Part shown: positions 39,628 through 52,021 of the stretch, in pieces
Numbering within the stretch: the first letter of the stretch is position 1
How the letters are laid out: each line of letters starts with the position of its first letter
DNA from: Octopus vulgaris
Taxonomy: Eukaryota
Reading direction: 5' to 3'
DNA: 64,000 nucleotides
Assembly: GCA_951406725.2 (NCBI GenBank)
Contig: OX597838.1
Location: 26,846,001-26,910,000 of the forward strand
The notes under the pieces: model-generated
The model's database searches: none
What the model was told of the DNA's origin: nothing
Seen by the model: the letters and a program-made list of their open reading frames with translations, nothing else
Program-made: the position numbers and the translations under genes

Positions 39628-41247
39628 TGTAAGTGTGTATGTGTGTATATATATCACCCTTGCTAGCATGGAAGGCAGATGTTAAATGATGATGATGATG
39701 ATATATATATGCATGTGTGGTGTGTGGGACTGGCATGTCAAAGAATGGACCCAATGTCTCCTTGTGTTCTAAAAGGCAACTAAAAGAGTTTGAGGTAGGA
39801 TTTGCACTCCAATCTTATAAAACCCTCATCAACAATGACTACCCAAAACAGACCCATAGGTTGGAGTGTTGTCACCCGAGTACTGGAAAAGTGTTTTCTG
39901 CCAGGAGTAGGGAACCACCAACAAGTGGTGGATGCAGGGACACGTTATTACAGTGCAAGTTCCCGTACTACTATTACTACTATCACCACCATTTCTAAGA
40001 CACAAAACCACCACCACCATCACCATGGCTATTATTGTTCAATACCAACACCTATCATCCCCACCACTAATGCCAACAGCACTACCATTGCATAGTTGCA
40101 ACACTACCACCCCTGCCAGTCCTCAGCGACAATACCACCACCACAGCCATCACCAATACTCAGTTTCAATTCTACCACTACTACTCTCACCACTACCACT
40201 GCTACCACCACTGCTCAGTACACCACCACTAGTTATACTATGACCATTGCTGTTACAACACCTTTGCTACTACCACCACCACCTCAGCTCAGTTACAACA
40301 GCACCACTATCGCCACCACTTTCAGTACGACCATTGTTACTCAGTTACAACACTAGCACCACAACCACCACCACCACATAACTGCAACACTAGCACCAAC
40401 ACCAATCAGTACCACTGCTGTAACTACTTCCACCAATACTAGCATCATTAACCAGCATCATCATCATCATCATCATCATCATCATTAATGACTGATGCTG
40501 CAACCCACCGCTCAGCAGTTCTCATCGTCATCTCTACCACCACCATCACTGCCACCACTGCCGCCTCAATCACCACCACAGTCCTTGCTTTGCAGTATCC
40601 ATGTTACAGCTCTACCAACACCACCACCACCAGGATTACTATTATATCTAGAGTACAGACACCGCTACCATCACCACCATCAATACCAGAGTCCTTACTT
40701 TGCAGTATCACAGTTATATTTATACCAACTGCAGCACCACCATCGCCACCACCACTACCACCTCGTGCATTAATCTGCAGCATCAGTCACACCTACTCCG
40801 CCACCATCATCGCTATCACCACCACAGTTATTACTCTGCAACAGGAGTCTGTTACGTGGTTGCTTGACATGCTAGAAATAAGAGCCAAATCTCCCTCGAA
40901 TCGAACACCGACAGGAAAGAAACAATGGGAATATACACCGCGTAATAAATAATCCGAGATACACCGAACAGAAAATAAAAACGAAAAACAAACAGGAAAA
41001 AAACCCACGAATATATCAGGTGTGATGGCCAAGGATGGAATGTATTTGATCACAGGTGTGATGATCAATGATGGCTAACAGCAACGACAACAATCACCAT
41101 CATCATCCTTCCTACCTACCTGCTTACCTCTACAATGACTGCTGTTAATTTGTCATCATTGGTAAATTTGCTGCTATTAGCTGTGAAGTAAGCAGTGCTT
41201 AGAGAAAAGAAGTCAGTTATTTTTAAGTACAGACATGACTAGCTATA

Positions 41248-41291
<44 letters not shown>

Positions 41292-41854
41292 GTATATATA
41301 CATGTGCATGCGTGAAATTGAATGAATGACAAAGGAAGTGAAAATTATGCAATGAACTTTGTGGGTGTCACACTCAGGATCTGTGAACAGAATTTCCTGC
41401 TCTTTTCTCTTTGATTCAATTACGTATTTATGTTCAGCACACGCCTAACGCTTCTCTCTGAAACATACCCGTGTTCAGTTTCCAACACCAGGTTATCTAG
41501 TATCACCATGCTTAAGTAGAATATTCATAAACACACACACACACGCGATATGTGCGAGTACACACACACACACAATATATGTGAGTATACAAAAACACAT
41601 ATACACATGCAAGCAGGTACATGTATATATATATATATATATCATCATCATCATCCTTTAACGTCGGTTTTCCATGCTGGCATGGGTTACATCCCTATAA
41701 CGTTGCGGTTCGGCAAAAGAGACCGATAGAATAAGTACTAGGCTTACAAAAGAATAAGTCCTGGGGTCAGTGTGCTCAACTAATAGCGGTGCTCCAGCAT
41801 GATCGCAGTCAAATGACTGAAATAAAAGAATATATATTTATATAAATAATAAAT

Positions 41855-42103
41855 AAATTATTTACATTATTTACATTTGATGGATATTTGTCCTCATCTT
41901 GTTTGTTGTTAACACAACGTTTCAGCTGATATACCCTCCAGCCTTCATCAGGTGTCTTGGGGAAATTTCAAACCTGGGTTCTCATTCCTAAGGTATTTTT
42001 CGATATTATTATTATTATTATTATTATTCAGGTCACTGCCTGGAATCGAACTCGGAATCTTGGGATTAGTAGCCCATGCTCTTAACCACTACGCCATATG
42101 CCC
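41855..42103 (-). mobile_element. tRNA-headed SINE-like element containing a hammerhead ribozyme
   Basis: Minus strand GGGCATATGGCGTAGTGGTTAAG...GAGTTCGATTCC (A/B boxes), (AAT)n, hammerhead, tail (AATGTAAAT)x2. Confidence 0.8.
41911..41956 (-). ncRNA. Minimal type I hammerhead ribozyme (Penelope/retrozyme type)
   Basis: GACAC-CUGAUGA-A-GGCUG(GAGGGUAUAU)CAGCU-GAAAC-GUU-GUGUU: intact core, helix II 5 bp, helix I GACAC/GUGUU, palindromic AACGUU helix III. Confidence 0.75.
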
Positions 42104-42112
42104 GTGGGCATG

Positions 42113-42583
42113 TTTCCTTCTCAAGCCATGCCAGGCTCATGAGGGCCATTTTCCTGGCTTCAGTGGCATATATGTTCCCCACCTGGATGGGACGTTTGAC
42201 CGACCAGGATTAAACATTTTTGCCAGCTGAGTGAACTGGAACAATGTGAAATGAAGTGCTTTGCTCAAGAACACAATGCGTCACCTAGTCCAGGAATTGA
42301 AATCACAATCTTACGATCATGAACCCAACACTCTAACCACTAAGCCACATGTGTGTGTATGTATGTATATATATATATTTATTGGCCACAGGGGGCTAAA
42401 CACAGAGGGGACAAACAAAGGGATTAAGTCGATTACATCGACCCCAGCATGTAACTGGTACTTATTTAATCAAACCCCCAAAAGGATGAAAGACAAAGTC
42501 GACCTCAGTGGAATTTGAACTCAGAATGTAGCGGCAGACGAAATACCGCTAAGCATTTCGCCCGGCGTGCTAACGATTCTGCC
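42113..42583 (-). mobile_element. Family C head with D-type tail (42113-42350) and a SINE B monomer (42377-42583)
   Basis: Homology to 52549-52793 and 25434-25666. Confidence 0.8.
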
Positions 42584-43242
42584 ATGCATACATGTATGTA
42601 TGTATGTATATGCATGTACACCTGTGTATGTGTATATATGTATGTAAAATGCACAAGAGAAATAACCTTTCCAGTTTTTCTCCCATGAACCTCTTCTGTA
42701 AAAATATGTAAGCTCTCCACCCACGCCACTCCCACTACAGAAAGAAAACTGCCAGAGTGTAACATGTCACATAATAGTGTAATATATATTAAATAACAGA
42801 ATAGTCAGCTGTCTAATTATTAATCATCATCATAATAATAATGTTAATAATAATAAATAATAATAATAATAATAATAATGTTATAACAAGCTTGACATAG
42901 CTCTCTATGACAAAAATGACAATTGCAGGCTAATTATCACCATGGCAACGCTGAAAGACTATAACATTTTGCAGTAATGAGCTGAAAAGCTGAGAAAACA
43001 CGCTGACATTATTGCAGTTAAGGTAGGTGTGTGTGTGTGTGCGAGCGTGTATCTACCATTGAATTTGTGTGTATGTCTGTGTCTATCATTAGATTTGTAT
43101 TTAGCATAACTGGAGTGTGACACAAACATTCTTGTAAAGACATGGACAAATTACCTCTAAGGATGGACATGGGCACATTCAAGAAAACAACAATACACCT
43201 TTCCTCATTTATCATGGGTGTTTGTTTCCAAAATACACAATG

Positions 43243-43473
43243 TTAACCCTTTAGCATTCAGATTACTTTGTCAAATGTAATGTTTATTTATTCACATTCC
43301 TCTTGAATTAGTCATGCATTATCTCATAGCTTTGAGATTCCAATGATGTGATTATATATTTGGAGAATGACATTAAAAAAGAAAGGTGTACGAAGTCAGA
43401 TCTGGTCAGTTAGAACATAAAACAAGTTAAATATTTCGGCCAGATATGGTCAGTTTAAATGCTAAAGGGTTAA
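43243..43473. mobile_element. piggyBac-like MITE, family 2
   Basis: TTAA|CCCTTTAGCATT ... AATGCTAAAGGG|TTAA; paralog at 47236-47464. Confidence 0.85.
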
Positions 43474-44168
43474 CAGGTATCAGTAATAAACAAATAATAG
43501 AATACATGGGGAAAATATGTTTCATTTCAAAACCCCTAATTGTGGATGGTGACAAGGGTGCACCTTTGTGGTCAAAACAGAATCTTTGACCACAGACCCG
43601 CATTATTGCAGATGAATTCATGACAAGCCCAACACAGTTCACAGGTAGCATGACGTTATCCCAGAGCAGTGATAAACGAAGATGGAAGTACTTGGGTTCA
43701 TAAGCTTGGGAGGGCATTTTTACATGGCATTTGTTAACCCTTAAAATATTTTTGACAACCCTGATCATAATTGTAAACCCTGAATGGTAAATTAGAAGAG
43801 TTAAGGCATTAGAGAGAATATTTTGTGGTGCTCTTTCTGGTTCTCTGTGTTCTGTGTTCAAATCTTACTGAAATCAAGTTGGCAGTTCATCCTTCCAGGG
43901 TCAATAAAAAGGTACCAATCCAGGGCCATGTTCGGCAGGACTGTCAGAGGGATCAAGCAAGATGCCTTGTGGTATTTGTTCAGGCTTTCTAAGCTCAGAT
44001 AGCAATGCTTGTGATGAAAGTGGTACCAGGCTGTATCACCCACAAGGTCATGTCCTTTTTCTAGGATAAACCAGTTGTAAAGCAGTCGTAGGAGGCCAAA
44101 CAGACACAAAGACACAGAGATACACACAAACACACATACAGATACATACACAATCAGACACGACAGGC

Positions 44169-44621
44169 TTCTTTCTACTCTAGGCACAAAGCCTGAAGTT
44201 TGTTGGGAGGGAGCTAACCAATCACATCAACCCCAGTACTCAACTGGTACTTATTTTATCAACCCTGAAAGGATAAAAGACAGAGTTGACCTTGGCAGAA
44301 TTTGAACTCAGAACGTGAAAACGGACGAAATACCGCTAAGCATTTTGCCCAGCATGCTAATGATTCTGCCAGCTTGCCCCCTTCTAATGATAATAATAAT
44401 AATAATAATCCTTTCTACTAAAGGTGCAAGGCCTGAAATTTTGGGGGAGGGGACTAGTCGATTACATCGACCCCAGTGTTGCACTGGTACTTAATTTATC
44501 AACTCCAAAAGGATGAAAGGAAAATTCAACCTTGGTGGAATTTGAACTTAGAACGTAAAGACAGACAAAATGCCGCTAAGCATTTTGCCTGGCGTGCTAA
44601 CAACTCTGCCACCTCCCCACC
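44169..44621 (-). mobile_element. Two adjacent full SINE B copies separated by (AAT)n
   Basis: Each has its own head and the alternative tail. Confidence 0.85.
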
Positions 44622-44947
44622 CAATAATAATAATAACAATAATAATAATAAGCAGCGTTTAAACATCCCCAGCTGGTGAAGGAGTTGTGAGATGTATCCA
44701 TGCCGATATGGATTGTAACTCAATACCCAAATCTCAGCACCATGCAGCTTTCTCGTTTTGTTTTATTTTGTTTTGTATTTTTACAAACGGTTTACACATG
44801 TTTCATACAATCTGCCCTTTTTTTTTTTTTTTGCAGAGCCGGGGGGCCGGGGGGTATGTGTGGTTCACTTGAACAGAGAAGCCCTTTGTTCTGCTGGCGC
44901 GTGTTGCTGACAGAGGGTAACAGATTCTTGAATTTCTTCTTCCCTCA

Positions 44948-44979
<32 letters not shown>

Positions 44980-45403
44980 GCCCCACTCCTCCACACTCAC
45001 AAACTCTAATCAACTTCTGTGACCTGGCACCTCTCAGCTGATTGCCGTTGTTGTCATTGTTGCTGTGTTCCTTTTTTTTCCATTGTTGTTCAGTCCCTAG
45101 TCAGCTCTTATCAAGTAGACCTATGAACGAAAATATTCCAACCATGACCATCACTACAGTTTGCTTTTTTTTTTTTTTTCCACTTCAAAAATAGATTATG
45201 TAACGAGACAGGTTAACATCTTTTTTTAAGATGACGGGGCTTTCACTTCTGATGGATACCATATTGCTCAGCATCAAGGGCACTCCAACCTCAAACACAC
45301 CTATTTTGAGATGAAAATTACGGGGGGGGGGGTGATACCCAACCATAAATTCAAGGTCTAGGTACATTCACAAACAGAATTTGATGGTATATAAGACATA
45401 CTG

Positions 45404-45662
45404 CAGTAAAGATTGTTTGCCAACATAACATGGCAGTTCCTGGTTTAGGACGAATGTTGCTGTAATTTAGCCCCAGGAGACATCGTCTCCAGCAGGCTAA
45501 ACGACACAATCTGTGTCCTTATATTTTCGAAAAAAAAAAAAAATTAAGGACACAGATCGTGTCATATAGCCAGCTGGAGACAATGTCTCCCTGGGGCTAA
45601 ATTACAGCAACATTCGTCCTAAACCAGGACTGCCATGTTATGTTGGCAAACAATCTTTACTA
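45404..45662. mobile_element. Palindromic MITE with ~117-bp TIRs (possibly Tc1/mariner-type termini)
   Basis: AGTAAAGATTGTTTGCCAACATAAC...GTGTCCTTA versus TAAGGACAC...GTTATGTTGGCAAACAATCTTTACT. Confidence 0.85.
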
Positions 45663-45942
45663 CAAAGTACTGTGGCTGAATATCTCATATTGTGAGATTT
45701 AAAAGTAGTAATTTTTTTATAAGACATATTGTTTTTCAAAAAAACTTTAAAAACTAAAAAAAATTTAAAAAAAAGGAAGAAATCACCCCAAGCTGGCGGA
45801 TCCATTAGTGCGTCAGACAAAATGCTTCATGCCATCTGGTTCTTTATGTTCTGAGTTCAAATACTGCTGAGGTCAGCTTTATACTTGATCATTTCAGGGT
45901 CAATAAAGTACCATCAAATTGCATGGCTTCGGACACTTTTAT

Positions 45943-46790
45943 AGGTGCAAGCATGACTGTGTGGTAAAAAGCTTACTTCCCAACCACATGGTTCCAGGTT
46001 CAGTCCCATTGTATGGCATCTTAAGCAAGTGTCTTCTACTATAACCTCAGGCCTGTGGGTTTGATAGGAAACTGAAAGAAGCCCATCATGCATGTGTGTA
46101 TGTATGTATATATGTACGTATGTATGTACGTATGTATGTACGTGAGTATTTTTGTGCCCATATTTACCCCACCACCACCACCACCCCACTGCTTGACAAC
46201 CGGTGTTGGTTTGTTCAGATCCCTCTAACTTAGTGGTTCAGCAAAAAGAAACCGATGAAATAAATACCAGTCTTAAAAAAAAAAACAAGCAGTGGGGTCA
46301 ATTCATTTGACTTATAAGTTCTTCAAGGAAGTGCCCCAGCATGGCCACAGTCTAATGACTGAAACAGATAAAAGATAAAAAAATATATGGTGTGGTAAGT
46401 AGCTTGTTTACCAACCACATGGTCCCGGGTTCAGTCCCACTGCGTGGCACCTTGGGCAAGTGTCTTCTACTATAGCCTCGGGCCGACCAAAGCCTTGTGA
46501 GTGGATTTGGTAGACGGAAACTGAAAGAAGCCCGTCGTATATATGTATATATATGTACGCGTGTCTGTTTGTGTATCTGTGTTTGTCCCCCTAGCATTGC
46601 TTGACAGCTGATGCTGGTGTGTTTATGTCCCCGTTACTTAGCGGTCCGGCAAAAGAGACCGATAGAATAAGTACTGGGCTTACAAAAGAATAAGTCCCGG
46701 GGTCGAGTTGCTCGATTAAAGGCGGTGCTCCAGCATGGCCGCAGTCAAATGACTGAAACAAGTAAAAGAGTAAAAAAAAGAGTAAAGAGT
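45943..46790 (+). mobile_element. Two tandem SINE A copies (older 45943-46380, younger 46389-46790)
   Basis: Homology to 594-990. Confidence 0.88.
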
Positions 46791-47235
46791 AATGTTGGGT
46801 CTCCCATAAGTTTTAATGCACCAAAAACATTTTTTCCTGAATATGCGCTGCTGAAATTGAGGTGTGGTGTCAAATATGTCTGTGTGTCTTTCATGCCATC
46901 AGATGCGGTGCTTTACCAAGATGTTTTCTTAATGGCTTCGAGACACATACACCCTTTTGATCACTTTAACAGTCAGCATTTTTTTTTCTCTCTTTTCCTA
47001 TTGCAGCACAGAGACAGAGTAAATTTAGCATAGAGAACCTACCTCAGGGACTAAAATTGGCTTCTGAAAACTGTAATGGGTGCACAAGATGCACAGTAAA
47101 TTTTCAAGACATTTTTGGAAAAATGAAAAATAGCATTTTTGACAAAGAGAAATAACCCCCAGCCCCCCGATCAGGTAGAATTCATCATTGTTATCGTCTG
47201 CTTTTCAAAGTTTGCATGAGTCATACAGATGTATT

Positions 47236-47464
47236 TTAACCCTTTAGTGTTCACATTATTCTTCCAAAATTAATGCGTTTTTATCCACATTGTTTTGAAC
47301 TAATCATACATTATCTTGTAGCTTTGAGATTTTGATGAGGTAGCTGTTCATTTTTAAAACGATATTGTAGGGTTGGTGTGAGAGACCAGATCTGGCCAGT
47401 TTGAACATAAAACAGGCAGAATACTTTTGGCCGGATATGGCCGGTTTAAATGCTAAAGGGTTAA
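47236..47464. mobile_element. piggyBac-like MITE, family 2
   Basis: TTAA|CCCTTTAG ... CTAAAGGG|TTAA. Confidence 0.85.
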
Positions 47465-47671
47465 GGCAGGTTTTCAACAGTTGGATGTCCTTCCTATTGC
47501 TAAATATCATGGTAACCGTTGCCACGGAGGCACGAAGTTTTGTAGTTAGGGTGTTGGACTCACAATTCTAAGATTGTGGTTTCAATTCCTGGACCAGGTG
47601 ATACATTGTGTTCTTGGGCAAAAACACTTCACTTCATGTTGCTCCAGTTCACTCAGCTGTAGAAATGAGTA

Positions 47672-48105
47672 CATCATCATCATCATCATCGTTTAACGTC
47701 CGCTTTCCATGCCAGCATGGGTTGGACGGTTCAACTGGGGTCTGGGAAGCCCTAAGGCTGCACCAGGCTCCAGTCTGATCTGGCAGTGTTTCTACAGCTG
47801 GATGCCCTTCCTAACGCCAACCACTCCGAGCGTGTAGTGGGTGATTTTATGTGCCACCGACACAGGTGCCAGACGAGGCTGGCGAACGGCCACGCTCGGA
47901 TGGTGTTTTTTATGTGCCACCGACACAGGTGCCAGACGAGGCTGGCAAACGGCCACGCTCAGATGGTGTTTTTTTATGTGCCACCGACACAGGTGCCAGA
48001 CGAGGCTGGCGAACGGCCACGCTCGGATGGTGATTTTTATGTGCCACCGACACAGGTGCCAGACGAGGCTGGCGAACGGCCACGCTCGGATGGTGTTTTT
48101 TATGT
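47672..48105 (-). mobile_element. Family E element with 4 x 63-bp internal tandem repeat
   Basis: TATGTGCCACC at 47848, 47911, 47975, 48038. Confidence 0.88.
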
Positions 48106-48107
48106 AC

Positions 48108-48310
48108 CTATTTCTTTATTACCCACAAGGGACTAAACAGAGGGGACAAACAAGGACAAAGGTATTAAGTCGATTACATCGACCCCAGTGCGCAACTGGT
48201 ACTTAATTTATCGACCCTGAAAGGATGAAAGGCAAAGTTGACCTCGGCAGAATTTAAACTCACAACGTAACGACAGACGAAATTCCGTTGTGAGTTCAAA
48301 TTCCGCCGAG
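48108..48310 (-). mobile_element. Headless SINE B with a 25-bp terminal inversion
   Basis: 48243-48267 is inverted at 48286-48310. Confidence 0.85.
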
Positions 48311-49859
48311 TACCACAAGTGGAGGTCTGTTGCTTGGTGGTTAGGGTGTTGGGTTCATGACTGTAAGATTGTGGTCTCAATTCCTGGACCGGGCAATCCA
48401 TTGTGTACTTGAGCAGAACACTTCATTTCATGTTGCTTAAGTCCACTCAGCTGTAGAAATGAGTTTAGCGCAGAAAGGGGTAGGCTCTGTCAGGTTTTCT
48501 TGCCCTAGATATGCTGCATGGCTGCAGTACCCTAACATCCCCCATGGGGTTAAGGAACTTATTTCTTTATTGCCCACAAGGGGCTAAACATAGAGGGGAC
48601 AAACAAGGACAGACAAAGGGGTTAAGTCGATTACATCGACCCCAGTGCGTAACTCAACTGTTTCCAGCTGAGGAAATATTTCTCCCAATGCCAGACAGGT
48701 TTTTCATACAAGACTAGAAACAAAAAAAAAACATGGCTTGTATGTCAGCGATACTCATTTGCAACCATCACATGATGTCTGAGCAAGGATTTCATCTCAG
48801 CCTTTTTGTTTCAGACCTCATGGCACCAGGGTTACATTTTCCAAAAATTCAATCATTTATTTTTGTTGATGATTTCGAAATAGTAGGGTCGTGCAAATTG
48901 AGGAAATTTGGCTGCTGTTTCTAGCAGATTCAGTAACCATGTAGAGGCACACCCTGTCAGCTTGACTCTACACTGATTAGATTAATTAGGCCAACAGAGG
49001 CTATCAATTACATCTTAGTGAGCAGCTATCTGATCAGTTCTCTAATCTTCGTTTCACGGAGTGCTCCTACTGTTAGCTACCCTGGTATAATCTAGGGTAT
49101 CTGATATAAAAATAACAACAACAACAACAACCCTTAAAATTTTGGGGGGAACGAAACAGTCACAAAAGCAAACATTAATACACACACACACACACAGACA
49201 GACACACACACACATCACTGCCTTCCATTAGCTTTTGAGTAACAGAATTTAATTCTGTTCTGCTAGCTCACCAATTTTGCACAACAACAACATCAATAAT
49301 AATTTCCAAATTGGTGGAAAGAGAGGAACCTACAATAACCCATTTAAATAAAAAAAAAAAGACCCATCCCTCCCCTTACTCTCCCTCCCTACCTCCCCCT
49401 TACTCTCCCTCCCTACCTCTACAACCTACTCTTCTCTCCCACTACCTCTCACTCTCTCTCTCTGTCTCTTTCTTCCAGGTTCCCTGCATTTGTTGTATTG
49501 TGCTTTCTCAAGCATCAGAATAGGATGCTGGTCCCAAATAGCATCCATCTCTCTGCTCCTCCTCCTCATCATATCAATACAGAAACCAATTCGATTCTTC
49601 TGTTGGCTTTTCGATTTGTTTATTCAAATCGACATTTATTTGTTTGTGTGTGTGTGTGTGTGTTTGTTTGTTTAACTGGGATACAGTTTATAGTGTTTTA
49701 CTTCAATTTTTAGGATGGATGACAGACAATCAATAGTTTAGTTTAAAGAACTTACACATACTTGCACATACATACAGATATATGTATATACATACATGCT
49801 CTATAAATGCTCTGATATCTATACAGCCTTCGTTTTTTTCATCTCATTATGCAAAAATT

Positions 49860-50695
49860 CATATATATACATACATACATACACATACATACATACATAC
49901 ATACATATACATACATACACACACATACATACATACATACACATACATACATATACATACATACATACACATACATACATATACATACATACATATATTA
50001 CATACATGCATACATATATTACATACATATACATACATACACATACATACACATACATACATATACATACATATACATACATACACATACATACATATAC
50101 ATACACACATACACATACATACATACATACATACATACATACATACATAGGAGGTGGGGCTCTGAATGTACAAATGAAGACGTGTATAGATGTGTGTGCC
50201 AGTATGTGTATTCATGTGTATGAGTATATATGCATAACTGTTTATGTGTGTGTGTGTGTACATATACAGACAGTGTGTGAGTGTGTATGTACATAGCATT
50301 TCAGTATAAATGCATATAAGTGTGTGGGGGATATGAACGTATACATGTGTATGAATACGTGTATATGCGCATGTGTGAGTATAAAATGCATAGATGCATG
50401 TGGATATGTATGCATTTATTTGCATGTGTGTATGCATGTATGTATATATGAGCATATGCACATGTGCTTGAGTAAACATGTGTATGTGCATCATATATGT
50501 GTGTGTGTATATATGTGTATATATATTTATATATATGTATGTATGTATTTGTGTGTTTCTTTATGTATGATAAAAAGGTTATTCGCTCAGTTTATGATGA
50601 AACTGAGTCATAACTTGTTGCCGAACAATTTTAATAAAAATTCTTCCATGCAAACAAACATGCTGTATACAAACCAATAACACACATACACACAA

Positions 50696-50746
<51 letters not shown>

Positions 50747-51499
50747 GGGAGTTAGGGATACTGAATATAGCATAACAGTCTAAAACCCAAACTAAACCCA
50801 ATTATCCCACAGCTAATCTTCAAAGGGACCAGTCAACGTCATGCTTTTCAATTTGAGTGATATTATTATTATTATTATTATTATTATCAGTAGTAATAGT
50901 AGTGGTGGTGGTGGTGGTGTGGTGGTGGTTGACCTTCAACCTGTAGCAGTTATATAAATATAGCTGCATCTTTTGTTTAATCACTTGTACCAATGGCTAA
51001 ACCTCAACACATATATTATAATTGATTATATATTTGTGTGTGTGTCTGTGTGTATCGGGGGGTATGTATGTATATCTAATACAGGTTTATATGCATTTAT
51101 ATGCATGTATACAATATATACATGCACATATATAAATACACAGATATGCATACGTACAGAAATATACAAGCATGTATATACACATACCTTAATATAAACA
51201 CACGTGTATTCAGATATACACGCATGTACACAATACATACACATATGTACATACGTACTTGTACACATAAACACACTTGTACACATCCACATACATACAC
51301 ATCTACACACACACACACATATATACCCCTACCACACATACACACACACGTTCACACTTGTACACATATCCACATACATACACATCTACACACATACATA
51401 TATACCCCTACCACACATACACACACACACACATGTTCACTCTTGTACACACATCCACATACATACACATCTACACACATACATATATACCCCTACCAC

Positions 51500-51534
<35 letters not shown>

Positions 51535-51540
51535 CATAAC
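49860..51540. repeat. (CATA)n, (TA)n, (CA/TG)n microsatellite cluster
   Basis: Direct inspection. Confidence 0.9.
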
Positions 51541-52021
51541 TGGCAGTAACTTTATGACTTAGAATCAGCATAAACATTGAAGCCAAACACACCAACCCTG
51601 CCGATTCCATCAATAGAATAAACAAACCATTCACCCTCATCCACTGGAATATGCACTTTATCAGGGCACCATTCCAACCATTATTTATGTACAATGCTGT
51701 AATACCGGCACTAGTGAAGAATTTTCAATGAGGAACTTCATAGAGAGCTGATTTGGCCCCGCAGACAGATTTCTTCAATACTAGTTTTTAGGGACTGAAT
51801 TCTGAATATGATATTGATTTCTAAGAAAGATGAAAAATCCTCAAAATTTGTAAGCTTGGATATAGTTGATTATATTGACCCCTATTACAGACTGGTATCT
51901 TATTTTATCAACAACAGATGGAAGGAGATAAAGTTATAAAAAAAAAAAATCTATTTGATCAACCTCAGCAGGATTTGTGCTTTCAATGTTAACGGAAGCA
52001 AACATGATAATAATAATAATA

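Noticed and set aside
49440-49620. Polypyrimidine tract + CAG as exon start
   Set aside because: No convincing reading frame or donor; (CT)n tracts make such matches common
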